Assembly (NCBI GenBank): GCA_964035545.1
Contig: OZ037771.1
Coordinates: 9,738,480 to 9,802,479, forward strand
DNA from: Bugula neritina
Lineage: Eukaryota > Animalia > Bryozoa
DNA length: 64,000 bases
Reading direction: 5' to 3'
The position numbers and the translations under genes are program-made. The notes under the pieces were generated by a model. The model was not told the origin of the DNA, did no database searches, and saw nothing but the letters and a program-made list of their open reading frames with translations. Within the stretch, counting starts at the first letter, position 1. The number at the start of each line of letters is the position of its first letter. Below are positions 15,036 through 30,600 of the stretch, piece after piece.

Positions 15036-15361
15036 CTAAAATACACTGCAACATTCTGCAACATTCTTCTACATACTGAAAGACACTGTAACATAATGAA
15101 ATACACTGCAACACATTGAAATATACCGCAACACACTGGAATATACTGCAACACATCCAAGTACATCGTAATATACGGACATGTACTGTAACATACTGAA
15201 ACATACTGAAACAAACTGCAACATTCTGAAGTACACTGTAAAATATTGAAATACAATGCAACACATTGGAATATACTGCAACACACTGAAATTTACTGCA
15301 ACATACTGAAATATACTGCAACATACTGCAACATACTGAAATACACTGTAACATACTGTAA

Positions 15362-17210
15362 CATACTGAAATACACTGTACATATGGAAAAACACTGCAA
15401 CACACTGAAATATACTGCAACACACTGAAATATACTTCAAAATACTGAAATATACTTCAACATACTGCAACATACTGAGAGACACTACAACTCACTGAAG
15501 TATAGTGCAATATCCAGAAATGTACTGTGACATACTGATATTTAATGTTACACACTGAAATAAACTACAACATACTGAAATACACTGAAACATACTGAAA
15601 CATACTGAAACGTACTGAAACATACTGAAATACACTGCAACATACTGCAACATACTGAAACACACTGTAACATGATGAAATACACTGCAACACATTGAAA
15701 TATACTGCAACAAACTGAAATATACTGCAACATACTGAAACGTACTGCAACATACTGAAATACATTGCAACATATCGAAGTATATCGTAATATACGGACA
15801 TGTACTGTAACATACTGAAACACAGTGAAGCATACTGAAACATACTGAAATATACTGAATTACACTGTAACACACTGAAAAATACTGCAACATACTGAAA
15901 TACACTGTAACATACCCAAGTATATGGTAATATACTGAAATATACTGCAACATACCGCAACGTTCTGAAAAACACTGTAACAAACATAAATACGCTGCAA
16001 GACATTGGAACATACTGCAACATACCCAAATAAATGGTAATATACTGAAATATACTGACATACACTGTAACACATTGAAAAACACTGCAACATACTGAAA
16101 TACACTGTAACATACCAAAAAAAACTGCAACATACTGCAACATACTGAAATACACTGTAACATATTAAAATACTCTGCAACATTCTGCAACATTCTTCAA
16201 CATACTGAAAGACACTGTAACATAATGAAATACACTGCAACACATTGAAATATACCGCATCACACTGGAATATACTGCAACACATCCAAGTACATCGTAA
16301 TCTACGGACATGTACTGTAACATACTGAAACATACTGAAACATACTGCAACATTCTGAAGTACACTGTAAAATATTGAAATACAATGCAACACATTGGGA
16401 TATACTGCAACACACTGAAATTTACTGCAACATACTGCAACATACTGAAATACGCTGTAACATACTGTAACATACTGAAATACACTGCAACAAACTGCAA
16501 CATACTGAAGTGCACTGTACGTATTGAAAAGCACTGCAACACACATAAATATACTGCAAAACTCTGAGATATACTGCAAAATACTGAAATATACTTCAAC
16601 ATACTGCAACATACTGAAAAACACTACAACTCACTGAAGTATAGTGCAATATACAGAAATGTACTCTAACATACTGATATTTAATGTTACACACTGAAAT
16701 ATACCGCAACATACTGAAATACACTGTAACATACCTAAATAAGCTGCAACATACTGCAACATACCGAAATACACTGTAACATGAAGAAATACACTGCAAC
16801 ACATGGAAATATACTGCAACAAACTGAAATACATTGCAACATATCGAAGTATATCGTAATATACGGACATGTACTGTAACATACTGAAACACACTGAAAC
16901 ATACTGAAACATACTGAAACATACTTCAACATACTGAAATACGCTGTAACATAATGAAATACACTGCAACATACTGCAACATACTGAAGTACACTGTAAA
17001 ATATTAAATTACACTGCAACACATTGGAATATACTGCAACACACTGAAATACACTGCAACATACTGAAATATACTGCAACATACTTCAACACACTGAAAT
17101 ATACTAAAACCTAATGAAATACACTGCAACATACTGCAACATACTGAAGTACACTGTAAAATATTGAAATACACTGCAACACATTGGAATATACTGCAAC
17201 ACACTGAAAT
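15362..17210 (+). repeat. Dispersed copy of ~2430-4260 (offset 12932 to 12952, differing by whole monomers)
   Basis: The private variant tatccagaaatgtactgtgaca occurs at 2579 and 15511. ORF pairs 3644/16596 and 3783/16735 are offset by 12952. Confidence 0.87.
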
Positions 17211-17600
17211 ATACTGCAACATACTGAAATATACTGCAACATACTGCAACATACTGAAATACACTGTAACATACTGCAACATACTGAAATACACGGTAGC
17301 AAACTGAAATACACTGCAACACATTGGAATATACTGCAACATACCCAAATATATGGTAACATAATGAAATACCCTGCAACATACTGCAACATACTGAAGT
17401 ACACTGTAAAATATTAAATTACACTGCAACACGTTGGAATATACTGCAACAAACTGAAATACATTGCAACATATCGAAGTATATCGTGATAAACGAACAT
17501 GTACTGTAACATACTGAAACACACTGAAACATACTGAAACATACTGAAACATACTGAAACATACTGAAATACACTGCAACATACTGCAACATACTGAAAC

Positions 17601-19690
17601 ATACTGTAACATTATGAAATACACTGCAACACATTGAAATATACTGCAACAAACTGAAATATACTGCAACATACTAAAACGTACTGCAACATACTGAAAT
17701 ACATTGCAACATATCGAAGTATATCGTAATATACGGACATGTACTGAAACATACTGAAACATACTGAAACTTACTGAGATACACTGCAACATACTGCAAC
17801 ATACTGAAGTACACTGTAAAATATTAAATTACACTGCAACACGTTGGAATATACTGCAACACACTGAAATATACTGCAACATACTGAAATATACTGCAAC
17901 ATACTTCAACACACTGAAATATACTAAAACATACTGAAATATACTGCAACATACTGCAACATACTGAAATACACCATAAAAAACTGAAATACACTGCAAC
18001 ACATTGAAATATACTGCAACAAACTGAAATATACTGCAACATACTGAAACGTACTGCAACATACTGAAATACATTGCAACATATCGAAGTATATCGTAAT
18101 ATACGGACATGTACTGAAACATACTGAAACATACTGAAACATACTGAAATACACTGCAACATACTGCAACATACTGAAACATACTGTAACATTATGAAAT
18201 ACACTGCAACATACTGAAATACACTGTAACATGATGTAGTACACTGCAACACATTGAAATATACTGCAACAAACTGAAATACATTGCAACATATCGAAGT
18301 ATATCGTAATAAACGAACATGTACTGTAACATACTGAAACACACTGAAACATACTGAAACATACTGAAACATACTGAAACATACCGAAATACACTGCAAC
18401 ATACTGCAACATACTGCAACATACTGAAACATACTGTAACATTATGAAATACACTGCAACACATTGAAATATACTGCAACAAACTGAAATATACTGCAAC
18501 ATACTAAAACGTACTGCAACATACTGAAATACATTGCAACATATCGAAGTATATCGTAATATACGGACATGTACTGAAACATACTGAAACATACTGAAAC
18601 TTACTGAGATACACTGCAACATACTGCAACATACTGAAGTACACTGTAAAATATTAAATTACACTGCAACACGTTGGAATATACTGCAACACACTGAAAT
18701 ATACTGCAACATACTGAAATATACTGCAACATACTTCAACACACTGAAATATACTGAAACATACTGAAATATACTGCAACATACTGCAACATACTGAAAT
18801 ACACCATAAAAAACTGAAATACACTGCAACACATTGAAATATACTGCAACAAACTGAAATATACTGCAACATACTGAAACGTACTGCAACATACTGAAAT
18901 ACATTGCAACATATCGAAGTATATCGTAATATACGGACATGTACTGAAACATACTGAAACATACTGAAACATACTGAAATACACTGCAACATACTGCAAC
19001 ATACTGAAACATACTGTAACATTATGAAATACACTGCAACATACTGAAATACACTGTAACATGATGTAGTACACTGCAACACATTGAAATATACTGCAAC
19101 AAACTGAAATACATTGCAACATATCGAAGTATATCGTAATAAACGAACATGTACTGTAACATACTGAAACACACTGAAACATACTGAAACATACTGAAAC
19201 ATACTGAAACATACTGAAATACACTGCAACATACTGCAACATACTGCAACATACTGAAACATACTGTAACATTATGAAATACACTGCAACACATTGAAAT
19301 ATACTGCAACAAACTGAAATATACTGCAACATACTAAAACGTACTGCAACATACTGAAATACATTGCAACATATCGAAGTATATCGTAATATACGGACAT
19401 GTACTGAAACATACTGAAACATACTGAAACTTACTGAGATACACTGCAACATACTGCAACATACTGAAGTACACTGTAAAATATTAAATTACACTGCAAC
19501 ACGTTGGAATATACTGCAACACACTGAAATATACTGCAACATACTGAAATATACTGCAACATACTTCAACACACTGAAATATACTAAAACATACTGAAAT
19601 ATACTGCAACATACTGCAACATACTGAAATACACCATAAAAAACTGAAGTACACTGCAACACATTGAAATATACTGCAACAAACTGAAAT
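17601..19690 (+). repeat. 830-bp higher-order repeat (83 monomers), ~2.5 tandem copies
   Basis: atactgtaac attatgaaat recurs in the same context at 17601, 18431 and 19261. ORFs at 17824, 18654 and 19484 are spaced by 830. Confidence 0.92.
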
Positions 19691-20420
19691 ACATTGCAAC
19701 ATATCGAAGTATATCGTAATAAACGAACATGTACTGTAACATACTGAAACACACTGAAACATACTGAAACATACTGAAACATACTGAAACATACTGAAAT
19801 ACACTGCAACATACTGCAACATACTGAAACATACTGTAACATTATGAAATACACTGCAACACATTGAAATATACTGCAACAAACTGAAATATACTGCAAC
19901 ATACTAAAACGTACTGCAACATACTGAAATACATTGCAACATATCGAAGTATATCGTAATATACGGACATATACTGAAACATACTGAAACATACTGAAAC
20001 ATAGTGAAATACACTGCAACATACTGCAACATACTGAAACATACTGTAACATTATGAAATACACTGCAACATACTGAAATGCACTGTAACATGATGTAGT
20101 ACACTGCAACACATTGAAATATACTGCAACAAACTGAAATACATTGCAACATATCGCAGTATATCGTAATAAACGAACATGTACTGTAACATACTGAAAC
20201 ACACTGAAACATACTGAAACATACTGAAACATACTGAAACATACTGAAATACACTGCAACATACTGCAACATACTGAAACATACTGTAACATTATGAAAT
20301 ACACTGCAACACATTGAAATATACTGCAACAAACTGAAATATACTGCAACATACTAAAACGTACTGCAACATATTGAAATACATTGCAACATATCGAAGT
20401 ATATCGTAATATACGGACAT
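19651..20420 (+). repeat. 450-bp tandem repeat (~1.7 copies)
   Basis: L2 modules lie at 19701/20151 and 19941/20391. ORFs 19842 and 20292 are offset by 450. Confidence 0.8.
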
Positions 20421-23400
20421 GTACTGAAACATACTGAAACACACTGAAACATACTGAAACATACTGAAACATACTGAAACATACTGAAATACACTGCAAC
20501 ATACTGCAAAATACTGAAACATACTTCAACATACTGCAACATACTGAAATACACTGTAACATACTAAAATACACTGCAAAACTCTGCAACATACTGCAAC
20601 ATACTGAAATACACTATAACATGATGAAATACACTGCAACACATTGAAATATACTGAAACAAACTGAAATATACTGCAACATACTGAAATGTACTGCAAC
20701 ATAGTGAAATACATTGCAACATATTGAAGTACATCGTAATATACGGACATGTACTGCAACATACTGAAATACACTGTAAGTTACTAAAATACACTGCAAC
20801 ATACTTAAATACACTTCAACATTCTGCAACATATTTCAACATACTGAAATAGACTGTAACATAATGAAATACACTGCAACATACTGCATTATACTGAAGT
20901 ACACTGTAAAATATTGAAGTACATTGCAACACATTGGAATATACTGCAACACACTGAAATATACCGCAACATACTGAAATATACTGCAACATACTGCAAC
21001 ATACTGAAATACACTGTAACAAACTGAAATACGCTGCAACACATTGGAATATACTTCAACATACCCAAATAAATGGTAATATACTGAAATATACTGAAAT
21101 ACACTGTAACACATTGAAAAAGACTGCAACATACTGAAACACACTACAACTCACTGAAGTATAGTGTAACCTACTGAAATGTACTGTAACATACTGATAT
21201 TTACTGCAACACACTGAAACATACTCTAACATACTGAAATACACTGTTACATACTAAAATACACTGCAACATACTAAAATACACTGCAACGTTCTGCAAC
21301 ATTCTGCAACATACTTCAACATACTGAAATACACTGTACCAAACTGAAATACGCTGCAACACATTGGAATATACTGCAACATACCCAAATAAATGGTAAC
21401 ATACTGAAATATACTGAAATACATTGTAACACATTGGAAAATACTGCAACATACCCAAATAAATGGTAACATACTGAAATATACTGAAATACATTGTAAC
21501 ACATTGAAAAATACTGCAACACACTGAAAGACACTACAACTCACTGAAGTATAGTGCAATATACAGAAATGTACTCTAACATACTGATATTTAATCTTAC
21601 ACACTGAAATATACTACAACATACTGAAATACACTATAACATACCGAAATAAGCTGCAACATACTGCAACATACTGAAATACACTGTAACATAATGAAGT
21701 ACACTGCAACACATTGAAATACACTGCAACAAACTGAAATATACTGCAACATACTGAAATGTACTGCAACATACTGAAATACATTGCAACATATCGAAGT
21801 ATATCGTAATAAACGGACATGTACTGTAACATACTGAAACACACTGAAACATACTGAAACATACTGAAACATACTGAAACATACTGAAATACACTGCAAC
21901 AAACTGCAACATACTGAAACATACTGTAACATGATGAAATACACTGCAACACATTGAAATATGCTGCAACAAACTGAAATATACTGCAACATACTGAAAC
22001 GTACTGCAACATACTGAAATTAATTGCAACATATCGAAGTATATCGTAATATACGGACATGTACTGTAACATACTGAAACACACTGAAACATACTGAAAC
22101 ATACTGAAACATACTGAGACATACTGAGATACACTGCAACATACTGCAACATACTGAGATACACTGTAACATGATGAAATACACTGCAACACATTGAAAT
22201 ATACTGCAACAAACTGAAATATACTGCAACATACTGAAACGTGCTGCAACATACTGAAATACATTGCAATATATCGAAGTATATCGTAATATACGGACAT
22301 GTACTGTAACATACTGAAACACACTGAAACATACTGAAACATACTGAAATATACTGAAATATACTGAAATACACTGTAACACATTGAAAAATACTGCAAC
22401 ATACTGAAAGACACTTCAACTCACTGAAGTATAGTGTAATATACGGAAATGTAATGTAACATACTGATATTTACTGTAACACATTGAAATATACTGCAAC
22501 ATACTGAAATACACTGTAACATACCGAAATAAACTGCAACATAATGCAACATACTGAATTACACTGTAACATACTAAAATACACTGCAACATTCTGCAAC
22601 ATACTTCAACGTACTGAAAGACACTGTAACATAATGAAATACACTGCAACACATTGAAATATACCGCAACAGACTGGAATATACTGCAACACATCCAAGT
22701 ACATCGTAATATACGGACATGTACCGTAACATACTGGAACATACTGAAACATACTGCAACATTCTGAAGTACACTGTAAAATATTGAAATACACTGCAAC
22801 AAACTGCAACATACTGAAGTACACTGTACATATTGAAAAACACTGCAACACACGGAAATATACTGCAACACACTGAAATATACTGCAACATACTGAAATA
22901 TACTGCAACATACTGCAACATACTGAAATACACTGTAACATACTGTAACGTACTGAAATACACTGCAACAAACTACAACATACTGAAGTACACTGTACAT
23001 ATTGAGAAACACTGCAACACACTGAAATATACTGCAACACACTGAAATATACTGCAAAATACTGAAACATACTTCAACATACTGCAACATACTGAAATAC
23101 ACTGTAACATACTAAAATACACTGCAAAACTCTGCAACATACTGCAACATACTGAAACATACTGAAACTTACTGAGATACACTGCAACATACTGCAACAT
23201 ACTGAAGTACACTGTAAAATATTAAATTACACTGCAACACGTTGGAATATACTGCAACACACTGAAATATACTGCAACATACTGAAATATACTGCAACAT
23301 ACTTCAACACACTGAAATATACTAAAACATACTGAAATATACTGCAACATACTGCAACATACTGAAATACACCATAAAAAACTGAAATACACTGCAACAC

Positions 23401-24661
23401 ATTGAAATATACTGCAACAAACGGAAATATACTGCAACATACTGAAACGTACTGCAACATACTGAAATACATTGCAACATATCGAAGTATATCGTAATAT
23501 ACGGACATGTACTGTAACATACTGAAACACACTGAAACATACTGAAACATACTGAAATATACTGAATTACACTGTAACACACTGAAAAGTACTGCAACAT
23601 ACTGAAAGACACTTCAACTCACTGAAGTATAGTGTAATATACGGAAATGTACTGTAACATACTGATATTTACTGTAACACACTGAAATATACTGCAACAT
23701 ACTGAAATACACTGTAACATACCGAAATAAACTGCAACATAATGCAACATAATGAATTACACTGTAAAATACTAAAATACACTGCAACATTCTGGAACAT
23801 ACTTCAACATACTGAAATACACTGTAACATAATGAAATACACTGCAAAATACTGCAACATACTGAAGTACACTGCAAAATATTGAAATACACTGCAACAC
23901 ATTGGAATATACTGCAACACACTGAAATATACTGCAACATACTGAAATATACTGCAACATACTGCAACATACTGAAATACACTGTAACATACTGCAACAT
24001 ACTGAAATACGCTGTAGCAAACTGAAATACACTGCAACACATTGGAATATACTGCAACTTACCCAAATATATGGTAACATAATGAAACACCCTGCAACAT
24101 ACTGCAACATACTGAAGTACACTGTAAAATATTGAAATACACTGCAACACATTGGAATATACTGCAACATACCCAAATAACTGGTAATATACTGAAATAT
24201 ACTGAAATACACTGTAACACATTGAAAAAGACTGCAACATACTGAAAGACACTACAACTCACTGAAGTATAGTGTATTATACGGAAATGTACTGTAACAT
24301 ACTGATATTTACTGCAACACACTGAAATATACTGCAACATACTGAAATACACTGTAACATACCATAAAAAACTGCAACATACTGCAACATACTGAAATAC
24401 ACTGTAACATAATGAAGTACACTGCAACACATTGAAATACACTGCAACAAACTGAAATACATTGCAATATATCGAAGTATATCGTAATATACGGACATGT
24501 ACTGTAACATACTGAAACACACTGAAACATACTGAAACGTACTGAGATATACTGAAATACACTGTAACATACTGAAACATACTGTAACATGATGAAATAC
24601 ACTGCAACACATTGAAATATACTGCAACAAACTGAAATATACTGCAACATACTGAAACGTA

Positions 24662-27600
24662 CTGCAACATACTGAAATTAATTGCAACATATCGAAGTAT
24701 ATCGTAATATACGGACAAGTACTGTAACATACTGAAACACACTGAAACATACTGAAACATACTGAAACATACTGAAACATACTGAGATACACTGCAACAT
24801 ACTGCAACATACTGAAATACACTGTAACATGATGAAATACACTGCAACACATTGAAATATACTGCAACAAACTGAAATATACTGCAACATACTGAAACGT
24901 GCTGCAACATCCTGAAATACATTGCAATATATCGAAGTATATTGTAATATACAGACATGTACTGTAACATACTGAAACACACTGAAACACACTGAAACAT
25001 ACTGAAATATACTGAAATATACTGAAATACACTGTAACACATTGAAAAATACTGCAACATACTGAAAGACACTTCAACTCACTGAAGTATAGTGTAATAT
25101 ACGGAAATGTACTGTAACATACTGATATTTACTGTAACACACTGAAATATACTGCAACATACTGAAATACACTGTAACATACCGAAATAAACTGCAACAT
25201 AATGCAACATACTGAATTACACTGTAACATACTAAAATACACTGCAACGTTCTGCAACATACTTCAACGTACTGAAAGACACTGTAACATAATGAAATAC
25301 ACTGCAACACATTAAAATATACCGCAACAGACTAGAATATACTGCAACACATCCAAGTACATCGTAATATACGGACATGTACCGTAACATACTGGAACAT
25401 ACTGAAACATACTGCAACATTCTGAAGTACACTGTAAAATATTGAAATACACTGCAACAAACTGCAACATACTGAAGTACACTGTACATATTGAAAAACA
25501 CTGCAACACACTGAAATATACTGCAACACACTGAAATATACTGCAAAATACTGAATTATACTTCAACATACTGCAACATACTGAAAGACACTACAACTCA
25601 CTGAAGTATAGTGCAATATACAGAAATGTACTCTAACATACTGGTATTTAATGCTACACACTGAAATATACTACAACATACTGAAATACACTGCAACATA
25701 CCGAAATAAGCTGCAACATACTGCAACATACTGAAATACACTGTAACATGATGTAGTACACTGCAACACATTGAAATATACTGCAACAAACTGAAATACA
25801 TTGCAACATATCGAAGTATATCGTAATAAACGAACATGTACTGTAACATACTGAAACACACTGAAACATACTGAAACATACTGAAACATACTGAAACATA
25901 CTGAAATACACTGCAACATACTGCAACATAGTGAAACATACTGTAACATTATGAAATACACTGCAACACATTGAAATATACTGCAACAAACTGAAATATA
26001 CTGCAACATACTAAAACGTACTGCAACATACTGAAATACATTGCAACATATCAAAGTATATCGTAATATACGGACATGTACTGAAACATACTGAAACATA
26101 CTGAAACTTACTGAGATACACTGCAACATACTGCAACATACTGAAGTACACTGCAAAATATTAAATTACACTGCAACACGTTGGAATATACTGCAACACA
26201 CTGAAATATACTGCAACATACTGAAATATACTGCAACATACTTCAACACACTGAAATATACTAAAACATACTGAAATATACTGCAACATACTGCAACATA
26301 CTGAAATACACCATAAAAAACTGAAATACACTGCAACACATTGAAATATACTGCAACAGACTGAAATATACTGCAACATACTGAAGCGTACTGCAACATA
26401 CTGAAATACATTGCAACATATCGAAGTATATCGTAATATACGGACATGTACTGTAACATACTGAAACACACTGAAACATACTGAAACATACTGAAATATA
26501 CTGAATTACACTGTAACATTCTGCAACATACTTCAACATACTGAAATACACTGTAACATAATGAAATACACTGCAGCACATTGAAATATACTGCAACATA
26601 CTGAAATGTAATGCAACATACTGAAATACACTGCAACATATTGAAGTATATTGTAATATGCGGACATGTACTGTAACATACTGAAACACACTGAAACATA
26701 CAGAAACATACTGAAACATACTTCAACACACTGAAATATACTAAAACATACTGAAATATACTGCAACATACTGCAACATACTGAAATACACTGAAACATA
26801 CTGAAATATACTGAAATATACTGAAATACACTGTAACAAACTGAAATACACTGCAACAAGTTGGAATATACTGCAACATACCCAAATAAATGGTAATATA
26901 CTGAAATATACTGAAATACATTGTAACACATTGAAAAATACTGCAACACACTGAAAGACACTACAACTCACTGAAGTATAGTGCAATATACAGAAATGTA
27001 CTCTAACATACTGATATTTAATGTTACACACTGAAATATACTACAACATACTGAAATACACTGTAACATACCGAAATAAGCTGCAACATACTGCAACATA
27101 CTGAAATACACTGTAACATAATGAAGTACACTGCAACACATTGAAATACACTGCAACAAACTGAAATATACTGCAACATACTGAAATGTACTGCAACATA
27201 CTGAAATACATTGCAACATATCGAAGTATATCGTAATAAACGGACATGTACTGTAACATACTGAAACACGCTGAAACATACTGAAACATACTGAAACATA
27301 CTGAAACATACTGAAATACACTGCAACAAACTGCAACATACTGAAACATACTGTAACATGATGAAATACACTGCAACACATTAAAATATACTGCAACAAA
27401 CTGAAATATACTGCAACATACTGAAACGTACTGCAACATACTGAAATTAATTGCAACATATCGAAGTATATCGTAATATACGGACAACTACTGTAACATA
27501 CTGAAACACACTGAAACATACTGAAACATACTGAAACATACTGAAACATACTGAGATACACTGCAACATACTGCAACATACTGAAATACACTGTAACATG

Positions 27601-30600
27601 ATGAAATACACTGCAACACATTGAAATATACTGCAACAAACTGAAATATACTGCAACATACTGAAACGTGCTGCAACATACTGAAATACATTGCAATATA
27701 TCGAAGTATATCGTAATATACGGACATGTACTGTAACATACTGAAACACACTGAAACATACTGCAACATACTGAAATATACTGAAATATACTGCAAAATA
27801 CTGAATTATACTTCAACATACTGCAACATACTGAAAGACACTACAACTCACTGAAGTATAGTGCAATATACAGAAATGTACTCTAACATACTGGTATTTA
27901 ATGCTACACACTGAAATATACTACAACATACTGAAATACACTGCAACATACCGAAATAAGCTGCAACATACTGCAACATACTGAAATACACTGTAACATG
28001 ATGTAGTACACTGCAACACATTGAAATATACTGCAACAAACTGAAATACATTGCAACATATCGAAGTATATCGTAATAAACGAACATGTACTGTAACATA
28101 CTGAAACACACTGAAACATACTGAAACATACTGAAACATACTGAAACATACTGAAATACAGTGCAACATACTGCAACATACTGAAACATACTGTAACATT
28201 ATGAAATACACTGCAACACATTGAAATATACTGCAACAAACTGAAATATACTGCAACATACTAAAACGTACTGCAACATACTGAAATACATTGCAACATA
28301 TCAAAGTATATCGTAATATACGGACATGTATTGAAACATACTGAAACATACTGAAACTTACTGAGAGACACTGCAACATACTGCAACATACTGAAGTACA
28401 CTGCAAAATATTAAATTACACTGCAACACGTTGGAATATACTGCAACACACTGAAATATACTGCAACATACTGAAATTAATTGCAACATATCGAAGTATA
28501 TCGTAATATACGGACAAGTACTGTAACATACTGAAACACACTGAAACATACTGAAACATACTGAAACATACTGAAACATACTGAGATACACTGCAACATA
28601 CTGCAACATACTGAAATACACTGTAACATGATGAAATACACTGCAACACATTGAAATATACTGCAACAAACTGAAATATACTGCAACATACTGAAACGTG
28701 CTGCAACATCCTGAAATACATTGCAATATATCGAAGTATATTGTAATATACAGACATGTACTGTAACATACTGAAACACACTGAAACACACTGAAACATA
28801 CTGAAATATACTGAAATATACTGAAATACACTGTAACACATTGAAAAATACTGCAACATACTGAAAGACACTTCAACTCACTGAAGTATAGTGTAATATA
28901 CGGAAATGTACTGTAACATACTGATATTTACTGTAACACACTGAAATATACTGCAACATACTGAAATACACTGTAACATACCGAAATAAACTGCAACATA
29001 ATGCAACATACTGAATTACACTGTAACATACTAAAATACACTGCAACGTTCTGCAACATACTTCAACGTACTGAAAGACACTGTAACATAATGAAATACA
29101 CTGCAACACATTAAAATATACCGCAACAGACTAGAATATACTGCAACACATCCAAGTACATCGTAATATACGGACATGTACCGTAACATACTGGAACATA
29201 CTGAAACATACTGCAACATTCTGAAGTACACTGTAAAATATTGAAATACACTGCAACAAACTGCAACATACTGAAGTACACTGTACATATTGAAAAACAC
29301 TGCAACACACTGAAATATACTGCAACACACTGAAATATACTGCAAAATACTGAATTATACTTCAACATACTGCAACATACTGAAAGACACTACAACTCAC
29401 TGAAGTATAGTGCAATATACAGAAATGTACTCTAACATACTGGTATTTAATGCTACACACTGAAATATACTACAACATACTGAAATACACTGCAACATAC
29501 CGAAATAAGCTGCAACATACTGCAACATACTGAAATACACTGTAACATGATGTAGTACACTGCAACACATTGAAATATACTGCAACAAACTGAAATACAT
29601 TGCAACATATCGAAGTATATCGTAATAAACGAACATGTACTGTAACATACTGAAACACACTGAAACATACTGAAACATACTGAAACATACTGAAACATAC
29701 TGAAATACACTGCAACATACTGCAACATAGTGAAACATACTGTAACATTATGAAATACACTGCAACACATTGAAATATACTGCAACAAACTGAAATATAC
29801 TGCAACATACTAAAACGTACTGCAACATACTGAAATACATTGCAACATATCAAAGTATATCGTAATATACGGACATGTACTGAAACATACTGAAACATAC
29901 TGAAACTTACTGAGATACACTGCAACATACTGCAACATACTGAAGTACACTGCAAAATATTAAATTACACTGCAACACGTTGGAATATACTGCAACACAC
30001 TGAAATATACTGCAACATACTGAAATATACTGCAACATACTTCAACACACTGAAATATACTAAAACATACTGAAATATACTGCAACATACTGCAACATAC
30101 TGAAATACACCATAAAAAACTGAAATACACTGCAACACATTGAAATATACTGCAACAGACTGAAATATACTGCAACATACTGAAGCGTACTGCAACATAC
30201 TGAAATACATTGCAACATATCGAAGTATATCGTAATATACGGACATGTACTGTAACATACTGAAACACACTGAAACATACTGAAACATACTGAAATATAC
30301 TGAATTACACTGTAACATTCTGCAACATACTTCAACATACTGAAATACACTGTAACATAATGAAATACACTGCAGCACATTGAAATATACTGCAACATAC
30401 TGAAATGTACTGCAACATACTGAAATACACTGCAACATATTGAAGTATATTGTAATATGCGGACATGTACTGTAACATACTGAAACACACTGAAACATAC
30501 AGAAACATACTGAAACATACTTCAACACACTGAAATATACTAAAACATACTGAAATATACTGCAACATACTGCAACATACTGAAATACACTGAAACATAC

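Larger units (their letters stand above)
9241..15377 (+). repeat. Dispersed duplication: ~9241-11040 repeated at ~13578-15377 (offset 4337)
   Basis: ORF pairs 9399/13736, 9509/13846, 10059/14396 and 10596/14933 are offset by 4337. Confidence 0.85.
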
